Positions 1 to 14,309 are shown, numbered from the stretch's first letter. The stretch: 64,000 nt of DNA from Tubiluchus corallicola (GCA_030141605.1 JAQGDQ010000922.1:1-64000), one strand, 5' to 3'. Notes: generated by a model from the letters alone, not told the origin. Numbers and translations: made by a program.

Positions 1-734
1 TTGCGATGTCGTGGATAGTTAGGTTCGTCAGATGTTAATTAATTTTTTAATCTATTATTTAATTATCAGAAGCGCTTTTGCAGTTTTTATTGTGTTGAAA
101 CGTTTATTTTTTATCGGACTTGAAAATGTATGAAAAATCGTTCTGTCTTCCTTTAAATGAAAAAAAAATGAATAGCAAAACATACCGACTAGTAAGTAGG
201 CAGTTAACATCTTTATTTGCTACAATAATATTGAAAATCATGACAACATTTTAAGATACTCAATTTTAAGATACACTGCCCCATTTTCAAGTCCGATAAA
301 AATAAACGTTTTAGCACAATTAAAACTGCAAAAACGCTTCTTATAATTAAATAATAGATTAAAAACTTAATTAACGGTGGGCGACCCCAAGTATTCATGA
401 TATCACAAACTAACATAACTTTCAACAGGAAAAACATTCCACGAGCGTGTTGCACGTGTTTGTGAGAGAGAAAATTGAAGTACAGTGCTGTAAGATATTC
501 AGTGTGTTGTACTAAAACTAGGCGAGTTTTAAGATAAAAATTCACATTTCAAATTTACGGCTGTGCTCACGCATGCGCATGAATTATGGAACTTGTGTCC
601 AATTAAACTAATTAATTTTAAATAACTCGCACAGCGTTAATTAAGTTTTTAATCCATTATTTAATTACCAAAAATGCTTTTGCAGTATTAATTGTGTTAT
701 CTCACTTTTCCCAGGTCTAGAGATTCATGAGACG

Positions 735-3700
735 ATGTTAAGCCCGTTCAAGAGAAACAAACGCATCCCGTACCCAGCGGGTTGGCACCATGTTGGAACA
801 GCTGACATCATGTGTGATGGAACTAGGAACGGGGTGTTCGTGAGACTGTTTTATCCAATTGAAACTTGCGAAAATATTTTGGTAAGAATTTGATTACTCA
901 AGATTAATGCACCACTATTGGCCAGTTTCTTTCACTCAGGATGGTCCAATACAGAGTTGAATGTAAAATACTGAGTAAATAAAGTGAGTAAATGGATGCT
1001 TGAGTGAACTGAGTAAAGTTGAGTGATTGATATACCACTATTGGCCAGTTTCTTTCACTCAGGATGGTCCAATACAGAGTTGAATGTAAAATACTGAGTA
1101 AATAAAGTGAGTAAATGGATGCTTGAGTGAACTGAGTAAAGTTGAGTGATTGATATACCACTATTGGCCAGTTTCTTTCACTCAGGATGGTCCAATACAG
1201 AGTTGAATGTAAAATACTGAGTAAATAAAGTGAGTAAATGGATGCTTGAGTGAACTGAGTAAAGTTGAGTGATTGATATACCACTATTGGCCAGTTTCTT
1301 TCACTCAGGATGGTCCAATACAGAGTTGAATGTAAAATACTGAGTAAATAAAGTGAGTAAATGGATGCTTGAGTGAACTGAGTAAAGTTGAGTGATTGAT
1401 ATACCACTATTGGCCAGTTTCTTTCACTCAGGATGGTCCAATACAGAGTTGAATGTAAAATACTGAGTAAATAAAGTGAGTAAATGGATGCTTGAGTGAA
1501 CTGAGTAAAGTTGAGTGATTGATATATAACTATTGGCCAGTTTCTTTCACTCAGGATGGTCCAATACAGAGTTGAATGTAAAATACTGAGTAAATAAAGT
1601 GAGTAAATGGATGCTTGAGTGAACTGAGTAAAGTTGAGTGATTGATATACCACTATTGGCCAGTTTCTTTCACTCAGGATGGTCCAATACAGAGTTGAAT
1701 GTAAAATACTGAGTAAATAAAGTGAGTAAATGGATGCTTGAGTGAACTGAGTAAAGTTGAGTGATTGATATACCACTATTGGCCAGTTTCTTTCACTCAG
1801 GATGGTCCAATACAGAGTTGAATGTAAAATACTGAGTAAATAAAGTGAGTAAATGGATGCTTGAGTGAACTGAGTAAAGTTGAGTGATTGATATACCACT
1901 ATTGGCCAGTTTCTTTCACTCAGGATGGTCCAATACAGAGTTGAATGTAAAATACTGAGTAAATAAAGTGAGTAAATGGATGCTTGAGTGAACTGAGTAA
2001 AGTTGAGTGATTGATATACCACTATTGGCCAGTTTCTTTCACTCAGGATGGTCCAATACAGAGTTGAATGTAAAATACTGAGTAAATAAAGTGAGTAAAT
2101 GGATGCTTGAGTGAACTGAGTAAAGTTGAGTGATTGATATATAACTATTGGCCAGTTTCTTTCACTCAGGATGGTCCAATACAGAGTTGAATGTAAAATA
2201 CTGAGTAAATAAAGTGAGTAAATGGATGCTTGAGTGAACTGAGTAAAGTTGAGTGATTGATATACCACTATTGGCCAGTTTCTTTCACTCAGGATGGTCC
2301 AATACAGAGTTGAATGTAAAATATTGAGTAAATAAAGTGAGTAAATGGATGCTTGAGTAAACTGAGTAAAGTTGAGCGACTCGAAAGAAAAACGCATTAA
2401 CTGCTGCTCAGCTGGTATATATGATGTTAAACTTACGTAACTTGATACTCAAGCTGAGTAACTTGTTTGCAAACTGAGTAATTTCATATACACAAGTCTG
2501 TAAATTGCTCGTAACAAATGTCTTGAATTATTTAAATGATATTCACTACGTAAAATTGTGCCAAAAATTGAGTCTTCACGTGGTATAGCTTAATACTCCA
2601 AATGAATAATTTGAAGGTGAGTACTTGCACCACTCAGTTGAGTAGGGGTTTGACGATATGCACACTTTCTCATTTTGATTATTTTTACCACTCATGTCAC
2701 GCACTAGTCGAAATTTGTTATTCAAACTGAGTATTTGATATTCAAACTGAGTATTTGATAGTCAAACTGATTATTTGATATTCAAACTGAGTATTTGATA
2801 TCCAAACTGAGTATTTGATATCCAAACTGAGTATTTGATATTCAAACTGATTATTTGATATTCGAATGCTAAATGATGTCTAAATGGAGTAAACTTGGTA
2901 TTCAAAACCGAACTTCGTGTTCAAAACTGAGTGTTGGACTGAGTAAACTGAGTACTAGATCCTCGCATTACTTCCTACTCAAGTCTGGAAAAACACTAAT
3001 CAGTTCGCGATACTCAAGCTGGTAATTTAGATAATTGTTGCTGGCGAGTTGCTCGAACTGAGGCCACGTTACTCAAACTTCCCGGACTATTTACTCATTT
3101 TGAGTAACATAACTTTGAAGTTCGCATCCTCTATGTTTCAGGATCACACGTTGCAGTTTCCCATGTGGTGTCCAAGGATCGAATACCATCACGGATACAC
3201 AGCAACCAGCGCCTACAACAAGCTTATTGACCAAATGCCTAGTAAGATTGACTCAGGGCTGATTTGCCTTTAATTTTGCTAAATGTAAATACAGTTTCTA
3301 GTGGCTGAGCGAATTAAACGACGTTTAAAGGAAAAGGATACAGGATTTTAAAGCAGTTCCCAAGAAAACTTGCCAAAGTTAAATCAATAACTGGAAAAGA
3401 GAATTCATAGTAATTTAAAACTTTCACGCCGGCTGGTTAAATGTCACTGTTTCACGCACACATATCCCAGGGTGCATTAAAACGCCAGTGATTCACACAC
3501 ACATATCCCAGGGCGCACTGAAAATGTCACTGGTTCACACACACATATCCTACGGTGCACTAAAAACGATACTGGTTCACACACGCATATCCCAGGGTGC
3601 ACTAAAAACGTCACTGGTTCACACACACACACACACACACACATATCCAACGGTGCACTAAAAACGATACTGGTTCACACACGCATATCCAAGTGCACTA

Positions 3701-5262
3701 TATATGTGGTATAAGTCAAGGAAATTTCAATTAATACATGTGGCATAAGTCAGGGAAATGTCAATTAATACACGTAGCGTAATTTAGTAAAATGTCAATT
3801 AATACATGTGGCATAAGTCAGGGAAATGTCAATTTATATATGTGGGCTAAGTCAGGGAAATGTCAATTAATACATGTGACGTAAGTTAGTAAAATGTCAA
3901 TTAATACATGTGGCGTAAGTCAGAGAAATGTCAATTTATATATGTGGCACAAGTCAGGGAATTGTCAATTAATACATGTGACGTAAGTTAGTAAAATGTC
4001 AATTAATACATGTGGCGTAAGTTAGTAAAATGTCAATTAATACATGTGACGTAAGTCAGAGAAATGTCAATTTATATATGTGACATAAGTCAGGGAAATG
4101 ACAATTAATACATGTGACGTAAGTCTGTAAAATGCTAATTAATAGCTGATGTAAGTCAGTACAATACCAATTAAGGCGTGTGGTGTACGCTTCTGTTCAT
4201 TTCTATTATGATGTCTGGATTTCTCCTACATAACCAGGTGATTTGAAGGTGCCAGTCCTGTGGCAGGCACCAATACTTCGGGAGGAGGGAAGACAGTATC
4301 CAGTGATCATATTTTCACATGGTCTTGGTGCCTGCCGTACCACATATTCTTACATTTGTATGGACATGGCTTCCCATGGCTTCGTAGTGGCTGCTGTTGA
4401 ACACAGGTGAGAAGAACTTACACTTTTCAAGTTTTTTTTTCAATGCTAAGGAAGAACCCTCGAACAACATTTGTAAATACAATTAAAATTTAGAAATACA
4501 AATATAATATTGAAATCGCAATAGGAACTATAGGCATAGAATGCTTTGCTTGAAAATGTAAAAAAGATTTAAATATTTCCTACCTACCCCCGTGAAACAA
4601 ACGTCGCTGCCGCCATATTTGAAAAAAATGACGTAAGCTGGTGTCTGCTGGGCAGTGTGAATGCTGCGAAGGCAAGCTGTGATGAAGGTACATGTTGAGA
4701 AATTGCTACAGTTTCTTTAGAAATTCTGTTATTCTAATGTTGTGTTTAACTGCGTTTATCTAGAAACTAGTCATTCGATCAATTATGATCAAATTTAACG
4801 TGATTGCGTTGATTTAATCTACAGGGTTGTACATATTAAAATATGTAATTAACATAAATTGTTCAGAAAATAATTAATTTACAGATTTTTGTTGACTTTT
4901 AGATACGCATGTAGACTTGTCAGCACGTAGACTGTGCCGGGCTGGTTACTTAGTTTATAGAATTCGCTTTATAAGTTCAAAAAAGATTCTGAAGCAATTG
5001 ACGGGATAAGTGTTTATATTGCACGGATACCGGATGACGCCATTTTTCGTCTAAAATCAGCGCCCCAAGCGTGAAGTGATCACGACTTTAAATTGATTTT
5101 ACTAATTACGCGAGACGCTTATCACAATTTCTTGGCTGAGACTTTCTAACATCAGGGCCGACCTTAGGTAATTGGAGGCCCTAGGCGAAGTGAATTTTGT
5201 GGCCCAAAATGAAATAGAAAAATAAAAAATAAATACGAAAAAAATAAAATTACGCAATTTAC

Positions 5263-5330
<68 letters not shown>

Positions 5331-5364
5331 GGGAGAGAGAGAGAGAGGGGGAGAGAGAGGGAGC

Positions 5365-5458
<94 letters not shown>

Positions 5459-8400
5459 GCGGTATGTTCGCATAAAGAAAAAATGTTACCTCGGCGTGAA
5501 GCCCCCCTGGAGGGTGAGGCCCTAGGAGGTTGCCTAGTTTGCCTATGCTTAAGGCCGGCCCTGCTAACATTTTTCCAAATATTAAAATAAACTCAGCTTC
5601 CCGAGAGACTTGGCTTGGCTTGGCCAACCATCTTAAAACAAGTGGCTTGTTGTTTTCAGGGATCAGTCGGCCAGCGCCACTTATTTCTTCAACAAACACA
5701 ACGTGAGTCAGGAAGATGATGGCGACGAAGAAGCTGTGATTCTTTCGGAAGAGGAATGGCTGCCCTTTTACAAAATGCAAAAATCAGATGACGAGTTAGA
5801 AATTAGAACAGATCAGGTTAGCAGTTGTAGACTCAGGCCTACAATATCCTATTTAGCATAATAATTATCAAATGTAGGCCTGTATAGGCTACAGTGATAA
5901 TGATGTGTTCGTAACTCGGTATCAGTAATCATGAACGAAGTGTATACGTTTTTTCTCAATAAAACGAATATCGGGGAATTCGGTATGCCAGATGAATCTG
6001 TTTGGTAGGAAGTTTCCCATCAGTCACGCATCCATTCACTGATCAGGCTGAGCATTGCTTAACTTTTCAGCCAAACGAACACTGTTGCTACCCAGATAAT
6101 ACTCCCAGTCTCCCGTTCTCGTCAAATGCTTGATCACACAAGTCTCTGATTATCTTATGGTGCAGTACCTCAAAGGACACACGCTCTACTTTTGTATATA
6201 AATAAATTTAAAAAACTGAACGCACAAGTAATAATGCACAATGTCTTGAAGTTGTCTTCTTAGCATGATGAAGTGTAAAACACTAAGTCATGTTTAGTAT
6301 ATGTGATCGTATAGTATATTGAACATAAAGTGCACTGATGAACATCCTCAACAAGTCTTAAGTTACGGCTTTATGTGCGCGTAATGCGTGATGCGTGATG
6401 CATGATGCCTATACAGCAGTTTGTATTTGAACATGTAGAAGTGCTTCCATGTTGAACGTAAAGTACACTGATGAACATTCACAAAAAGTCTTAAGCTATG
6501 ACTCAATGTGCGCATAATGCGTAATGCGTGATCCGTAATGTGTATACAATCATTTGTATTTAAACATGCAGAAGTATTTCCATGCGTACGTAATCCGTAA
6601 TGCGCAATGCGCGATCTACTTCTACATGTTCAAATACAAACTGCTGTATAGGCATTATGGATCATGCATCATGCGTTACGCATTATGTGCACATGGAGTC
6701 GCAGCTTGAGAAAGGGTAGAGAAATGCCTGGTGCAGAATCTATAGCAAAACAAACTGACTACCTTCCAGCTGATAATGCTGGTTCATATAAACTCCAATA
6801 CTGAAGCTAAACTTAGTTAACTTATGTCACACATCTAAAAAAATCTATCCTAGCAACGAGCGTCTGCCGACCTGTCACCATAGCAACATCCTCTGCTGCC
6901 ATGTCACCATAGAGGCAAGCACTATTTTTACGCTGCTGTTGATTGGCCTTTAGGGGCAGTAATATAAGACACATCCTAATACACATCTGATTGGCTAGAG
7001 TAACAGCTTCTAACGTGCTTCCAGCGGTGAGATCAGTGACTCCTAACTCTTGAGTGTGTTGTAATCTCACGCCTGAAAAGCGTTCACAAGAAGTTACTCT
7101 TTACAAAGTGGCTGGCGTTCACAAGACACAGGTGGAAACATGCTAGCAGACTACACAGAACTGAACTGACAAATTACCGACATTGAAATGCTTGCCATGT
7201 TACCCTAGTTACCGTTGGGATGTTACCCTAGTTACCATTGCTGTGTTACTCTAGTTACTCTTGCTATGTTACCCTAGTTACTGTTGCAATGTTACCCTAG
7301 TTACCGGTGCTATTTTACCCTAGTTACCGTTGCTATGTTACCCTAATTACCGTTGCGATGTTACCCTAGTTAGCATTGCTGTGTTAACCTAGTTACCGTT
7401 GCTATGATGCCCTAGTTACCATTGAGATTTTACCCTAGTTACCGTTGCTACGTTACCCTAGTTACCATTGAGATTTTACCCTAGTTACCAATGCTATGTT
7501 GCCCTAATTACCTTTGCGATGTTACCCTAGTTACCGTTGCTATGTTACCCTAGTTACCGTTGCTATGTTACCCTATTTTTGCACTTAATTGTTCGTTATC
7601 ATTGCTAAGGTGTTTTTTAATTTTTCAGCTTTTAATCCGAGCCATGGAGATAAAGAAGGTTTTGGATCTTCTAAAAGATATCAACATTGGGCGGCCAATT
7701 CTAAATGTTGCGGACCCAAGTTACAACCTAAAGCCTTTTACAGTAAGACGTTACACCATTAAAATGTTTGTCTTCGTGTTGCTGAAGTAGGTCAACTAAC
7801 AGGCTGGTTAACAAAGTGAACGTTTAACTCTTTGCGAGAAAATTTCTAGCAAACTAGTCAGGAATGTGAACGAATGTGTTACTCGCTTATTGACTTTTCC
7901 AGCCCAACTGTCTGGATATGCCATATAGAACGCCAATTACTGTTGTCATGGAATCCGTTCCTTCTCGAATACGTCATCATACATAAAAATCTAGAACATG
8001 GAGTAACTTTATTGTGACGACACAGTATAAAAATTGAGTGGAAAATCAAGTTACATGCAATTACAAGAGTAACTTCACGGCGAAGTATCCAGCCTTATAG
8101 AGTTACTTCGCAAATTCACATCTCCATTCCAATCATGTAGGACGTTATTGTGGTCAATGTCTTAATAAGCCTTTTCACAGTTTCGATGCGCACACGTGCA
8201 GTTGATGTAAGTCAAAGGTTAAGCGTAAAACAGCAACGCATCCTATGAGACATGTGGGTAAAGCAAAGTAATTCGCAACATCAGTTCAGTAACTTCGGTT
8301 GTTTTACGTGGACTTTACTTATGCGTTAGTATGTGTGTAGAGTGACTTACTAGCAGGATCTTGCTTGGGACACGAAAAAATGAACTAGGTAAGGTTCTAG

Positions 8401-11400
8401 CTTGCTGTTAAAACTGTTACTATTACAACAGCATGGGCTGTGAGGCGTTGTCAAGTGTACACAAATGCGTTGTCTGGTACACTTAACCTTTTCACGATCA
8501 TCATCAATCACTGGAACTGTGAAAAGACTTATTTGTTGTACAGTGTAACGGTTACGGATTCTTGTCTACAGGGCGTACTGGACTTGCATGCAGGGTGTGG
8601 CTTGATGGGTCACGGATTTGGAGCTACGGCCATCATCAAAGCCATGGCAGAGGAAAGACGATTCAGGTAACTTTTGAATGGCTTCTAACTCGTAAATGAC
8701 CCTTGGTCAGTGAATATTGAGGGCAATACGTTTGGTCAGTTAGTTACCCAGAAACAGTTGACACAAACTGCTAAAATATGTAATTAGCTGCTCTAATTGA
8801 TAACAACAACAATAATAATAACAGTAACAGCAACAGTAACAGAAACAGTAACAGTAACAGTAACAGTAACAGTAACAGTAACAGTAACAGAAACAGTAAC
8901 AGTAACAGTAACAGTAACAGTAACAGTAACAGTAACAGTAACAGTAACAGTAACAGTAACAGGAACAGGAACAGGAACAGGAACAGGAACAGTAACAGTA
9001 ACAGTAACAGTAACAGGAACAGGAACAGGAACAGGAACAGGAACAGGAACAGGAACAGGAACAGTAACAGCAGCAGCAACAGCAACGGCAATAGCAGCAA
9101 CAGCAACAGCATCAGTAACAGAACAATAACAACAAGAATAAAAATAACAATAAAAATAAAAATAACAGTAACAATAACAATAACATTAACAGCAATAACA
9201 ATAATAATAATTTTGCTTTAGCATAACGAATATAGTGATTATTAAAAATAATAACAGTTAAATCTACGTAAAGCGTATTTTCGCAAAACTTTTTTCTGTT
9301 TTTTTATTTTATTTTGTAGTTTTCAGAGTGCAATACACGAGTGTCAAAGCAGTTAAAAAGTGAAATTAAATAATAAAGGACTACTACAAAAACACCGCAA
9401 TTTAAAACAAAGTGATGATAATAATATAAGTAGAAGATTACGGTAAAAACACAGTGAACTAAAGTAGCACAATACACGAGCGACAAGGCAGTTGAAAAGT
9501 GAAATAAAATAATGAAGGGATAGTGCAAATTAGTGCAAAGTGATGACAATTTGACACGTCTGCAGCTTACCTAATGTTCATGAAAAAATATTGGCTATTT
9601 TTTGTAAAATATTGCTAAACTTTCGACGAAAATTGTCAGTGCACTGCTTTTCTTCGGTCAGTAAATGACGTCATTGGTGGAAGAATGGGTATTGAAAATG
9701 GGAGCGCCTAGCACGTAGTGATCGTGACTTTAAAGTGATTTTACTAATTACAATAGGCGCTTATTGCAGTTTTATTACTATACCCTTCTACCATTTTTCG
9801 CGAAGATCGAAATAAGGTTATCTTTCTACAGGATTTGACTTTTCTTTTAAGAATGTTTTGTTTGAATGGACCGTGTCAGCGTGTACAAGCTGCGTATTAC
9901 AATTTCAGAGTTGGTGTTTGCTTAGACGGTTGGATGGAGATCTTACCTGACGAGGATTACGAAAAGGTGAAACAGCCACTTTTGTTTATTAACACCGAGG
10001 CGTTTGATAGTCGAGAAAATATTTTCAAACAGCTCAAGTTCGACAATGGTACTGATGAGAGGAAAATGATTACACTGAGGTAATGTAGATGGCGCTCACA
10101 AATGATTACTGTTGTTATTATTGTTATTGTTATTAATGTTATTGTTGTTAATGTTATTTTATTGTTACTGTTATTGTTATTGTTATTGTTAATGCTATTG
10201 TTAATTTTATTGTTATTGTTATTGTTATTGTTATTGTTATTGTTATTGTTATTGTTATTGTTATTGTTATTGTTATTGTTATTGTTATTGTTATTGTTAT
10301 TGTTATTGTTATTGTTATTGTTATTGTTATTTTTATTTTTATTTTTATTTTTATTTTTATTTTTATTTTTATTTTTATTTTTATTTTTATTTTTATTTTT
10401 ATTTTTATTTTTATTTTTATTTTTATTTTTATTTTTATTTTTATTGTTACAGTTACTGTTACTGCTACTGTTACTGTTACTGTTACAGCTACTGTTACTG
10501 TTACTGTTACTGTTACCGCTACCGCTACCGCTACCGCTACCGCTACCGCTACCGTTACCGTTACCGTTACCGTTACGTTAGCGTTAGCATTACCGTTACC
10601 GTTATCGTTATCGTTATTGTTACTGTTCTTGTTTTTATTGTTATTGTTACTGTTACTGTTACTATTATTGTTATTGTCATTGTCAGTGTCATTGTCATCG
10701 TTATTGTTATTATTATTATTGTTATTATGTAGGTACTCTAGTGTCGGATTAAGGCTTTATGAAATGCAGCCCAGGGGCCTCCAGAGATTAAGCGAAATTA
10801 ATTCACTGTGAAAAGTTGCTACAGAATGAGAGTTTGCTATCTCTAAAATTATCTCTAAAAAGGGCTCAATAAATTAATATACTGTGTAATAATACATTGT
10901 CCATTGTACCAACTCACCGGTACTGCCACACTAGCAATCCTGATCGCAATGACACAGTTTGTTAGGAACTGAGGTCACATCTCCTATGATAGAGATAAAA
11001 TGTCTCTCCTCTGAGAGAACTTAGTGGTAGCTTGTCACTAATTTCAGTAGCCTTAGGCCCGCTGCACCTCTGGATTAGGTATTCTTAGTCCAGGCTCTTT
11101 AAAAACTTTATTAAAGTAACTTTATAAAAGTTAATGTAGTACTAGTAACAGTATATTTTATGATATATGTTAAAATACGAGTAATTTACTTATTGTAATT
11201 TGTATGTATTGTATTTAATATTTTAAAAACTTATTTTAATTTCGTAAATATCAGAATGCCTCTTCTCTCTTTGCTGTGTTTGACTTGCATCCATCTATGT
11301 GGGCCTCGTGTTGGCATTATGTTGCACAAGTTGAATAAGCTGATTTTAAGAATCCAACATTCATGCTTTTGTTAATTGTCACTGTGGGCCTAATGTTGAC

Positions 11401-12668
11401 ATTATGTTGTAGAAGTTGAATACACTGATTTGAAGAATCCATCATTTATGCTTTTGTTAATTGTCACTGTGAGCCTAATGTTGGCATTATGATGTAGAGG
11501 TTGAGCAAACTGATTTAAAGAATCCATCATTCATGCTTTTGGAGGCCGGGCCTGACAGTATCTGGAGCCCAGGGACATACAAAATCAAAATACAGCCCAG
11601 GGACCTACAAAATCAAAATACAGCCCAGGGACCTACAAAATCAAAATACAGCCCAGGGACCTACAAAATCAAAATACAGCCCAGGGACTTACAAAATCAA
11701 AATTTAGCCCAGGGACCTACAAAATCAAAATACAACCCAGGGATCTACAAAATCAAAATACAGCCCAGGGACCTACCAAATCAAAATTTAGCCCAGTTCG
11801 TAAAGTGTTTGGGCGAAAAATGATGGGTAAATGAAAATTACGCTAAAACTGTAGATTTCAAATTTCAACAAAACTTATGCAAAATATCCACAAATAGGAT
11901 GGTTTTATAAGTCATCTACTTGAATTAGCAAAACTTCTTATTCTAGCAGACAGAAAACGAGTATATTATGATGTAATGTTCCACGGAATTGCATGGCATT
12001 TTATTTTGTTAGACTATATAGTTACGTACTGTTATCTCAGATAGTATTACAGTGCAATCTATAACAGTACAGTATTCTGTTATATCAGACAGTATTACAG
12101 TATGTCAGTACTACGTTGAATTTTGTTATGTTATGCAAATTGCAGGTGCACGCTGCGTTGTTCATTTAGCCTTGAGTTTTATTGTCATGCCACGATACAC
12201 TACGTATCGTTACGTTTCATAATATAACAGTTTGCGTTAATTTATGCTGTGTTATATTACGTTGCATAATGTTACCGTACGCGACATTGCGTTACGCTAT
12301 GTTAATCTATGCTACGCAATGTTGCCTTATATTACATTGTGCTACGCTACATTACATTGCATTACGTTACGCTACGTTACCTTATCTTACGTTTCGTTAT
12401 GTTACGTGTAAGCTAATCAAACTCAAACTAACCACTGTAACTTTTTCAATAATTTCCCTGCAGTAGAAGTGTTTCTGGTGGTTTTCTATATTGTGTTTGA
12501 TTTATAAACAGAGGAACGGTTCATCAAAGCCAGACAGACTTTGCTCTCATGATACGTGGATTTATGGGCAAATTAATCAAAGCGAATGGGTCTCAAGATC
12601 CAGACTCAGCCATGGATATAAACGACAGGTCTGCCATGGCATTCTTGTGGAAATATTTAGGTAATGAG

Positions 12669-12762
<94 letters not shown>

Positions 12763-12815
12763 CTTCACTCCCTCTCCAATTCTCCCTACACAAATAACAC
12801 AAAAGCTTTCCACAC

Positions 12816-12875
<60 letters not shown>

Positions 12876-13309
12876 TTCTCTTTCTCTCATTCTCTTTCCC
12901 TCCTTCCATCCGTCCGTCAATGCATTCACCCATCCATCCGTCCGTCAATCCATCCATCTATCCACAGGATACGGTGTACACCAAGGAGGCAAAATATCAC
13001 CCATTCTTTTTAATTTCTATTTCAGAGCGGTAAGAATTAAATCATCATAACAGCTTGGTTATAATATTACTAACGTGAATCACTTAATGTATGCAGACGA
13101 TGTTCATCAACAATTACAGTACTTCAACCCTACCAGCCGTCCATGTTTTTACACCAAAATTAACGTCCTTTATCTCAAATGATCTTAGCTACAAGTACTT
13201 AGTTTTCTCATTGTTATTCACAGGCTACAGAGGAAACGACAGCTTCTGGCAGTACATGAGTGGCTACCACCGTCAAGTTATACTTGGAACGAACGTAAAG
13301 TTAAACTGA
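735..13309 (+). CDS. PAFAH2: Platelet-activating factor acetylhydrolase family protein (PLA2G7/PAFAH2-like), 9 coding exons, about 395 aa; catalytic Ser replaced by Gly
   Basis: Exons 735-881, 3142-3241, 4238-4406, 5660-5816, 7629-7742, 8572-8666, 9909-10079, 12512-12660, 13224-13309. All introns are GT-AG with consistent phase; total 1188 nt. Motifs: [84 protein letters not shown]. An acceptor at 713-714 with an open frame means an upstream exon may lie outside the window. PAFAH2 versus PLA2G7 orthology is not resolved. Confidence 0.92.
908..2385. repeat. 123-bp tandem repeat, about 12 copies (PAF-AH intron 1)
   Basis: ccactattggccag recurs every 123 nt (912, 1035, ...). Confidence 0.95.
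2709..2865. repeat. 20-bp tandem repeat
   Basis: (attcaaactgagtatttgat)n. Confidence 0.85.
3440..4145. repeat. Two adjacent minisatellites (about 41-bp and 34-bp units)
   Basis: ..ggttcacacacacatatcc..gtgcactaaaa.. followed by (gaaatgtcaattaatacatgtggcataagtcagg)n. Confidence 0.8.
5153..5563. mobile_element. Non-autonomous TIR element (MITE) with a 7-bp TSD and internal (GA)n
   Basis: Left end CAGGGCCGACCTTAG, right end reverse complement CAGGGCCGGCCTTAA; CTAACAT duplicated at 5146-5152 and 5564-5570. Confidence 0.8.
6355..6712. repeat. Foldback/inverted-repeat element
   Basis: atgcctatacagcagtttgtatttgaacatgtagaagt (about 6405-6442) is the reverse complement of about 6618-6656; a diverged direct repeat lies inside. 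Confidence 0.6.
7195..7575. repeat. 23-bp tandem repeat
   Basis: (tgttaccctagttaccgttgcta)n. Confidence 0.9.
8168..8528. mobile_element. MITE family Z (possibly PIF/Harbinger-like)
   Basis: TIR GCCTTTTCACAGTT...AACTGTGAAAAGAC; homologous copies at about 17700-18067, 42764-43150 and 55400-55680. Confidence 0.7.
8800..9210. repeat. (ACAGTA/ACAGGA)n microsatellite
   Basis: Directly visible. Confidence 0.95.
10102..10730. repeat. Compound hexamer microsatellite (TTATTG, TTATTT, TTACTG, CTACCG)
   Basis: Directly visible. Confidence 0.95.
11565..11795. repeat. 28-bp tandem repeat, about 8 copies
   Basis: (cccagggacctacaaaatcaaaatacag)n. Confidence 0.9.
12965..13105 (+). mobile_element. Degenerate non-LTR retrotransposon RT fragment
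   Basis: [16 protein letters not shown] ... VNHLMYADD, matching the RT QG..SP and YADD motifs; frameshifted. Confidence 0.65.
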
Positions 13310-13365
13310 TCAGTTGCAGCTGTCTCTATCAACATTTAATATTATTTTGTAAAAATGTTTTGTGA

Positions 13366-13371
13366 AATAAA
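13366..13371 (+). promoter_or_regulatory. Candidate polyadenylation signal of the PAF-AH gene
   Basis: AATAAA 57 nt after the TGA at 13307-13309. Confidence 0.5.
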
Positions 13372-13725
13372 ACACCAGCAAAGAGTAGTTCTTATATTCC
13401 ATATAGAAATTATTTTTGTATACGTATGATATGTTTCAGTTATGGAACAGTAAACGTAGCTTGTTTTTTTAGAACACTTTTGATCAAATCGTGAAGAGAA
13501 TTCTGTAATATCATTAATTGTTTTTGTTAATTAAAGTTAATTTTGCCACATCGCTTGTTTTGTTCGGCTAAATTTAACTAGATTTGTTCAACGAGTTCTT
13601 CTTACACAATCCTAGATCAGCAATGTTTAAATAACGTGTCAGTTTAACCAGGTCAGTCTTTATTACAGCCACTTAAAAAACATTTATAGTTAAAACAACT
13701 TTTACATTAAAAAGTTAAAATCATG

Positions 13726-13764
13726 TCAAACGTTTCGACAGGCTGCTGCTGTCATCATCAGTGG
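13726..13764 (-). ncRNA. Minimal type I hammerhead ribozyme motif
   Basis: Reverse complement reads cca-CTGATGA-t-GACAG-cagcagc-CTGTC-GAAA-CG-TT-tga. Confidence 0.6.
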
Positions 13765-14309
13765 TACATTTACAAACCTGCAACCAGTTTATATAGGCAG
13801 AGCCTATTATCCACTAACTAAATAGTTAACAGAAGCCAAATGGATAATGAATAAGCAGAAAAAACTGATACAATAACTTATGCAGTAATTATGTATTTAC
13901 AAAAAGCCAAATAGGTAATGAATAAGCAGACCAGTAAAGAAATTGATATAGTAAATTATGCACTAATTATGTATTTAACAGAAGCCAAATAGGTAATGAA
14001 TAAGCAGACCGGTAAAGAAATTGATGCAGTAACTTAAGCACTAATTATGTATTTACAAAAAATTAATTAACAATTATAAATGACTTGTTAATAAAAAAAG
14101 GTTCATCTTTGTACCCTGACAAGCCTTCTCTTAATGTACAAAGCAGTTCAGTTCCTTTAACTTTGTTTTCAAACACTTAGCTATTTGTTACTGTGTCAAT
14201 TTCTTTTCTTCAGGTCTGCTTATTCATTACCTATTTGGCTTCTGTTAACTACTTAATTAGTGCATGACAGACTCTGCCTATATAAACCTGTTGCATATTT
14301 GTAAATTTA

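Noticed and set aside
904-2397. 497-aa ORF of 41-aa repeats on the minus strand
   Set aside because: A by-product of a 123-bp (multiple of 3) intronic minisatellite; no domain similarity or splice context.
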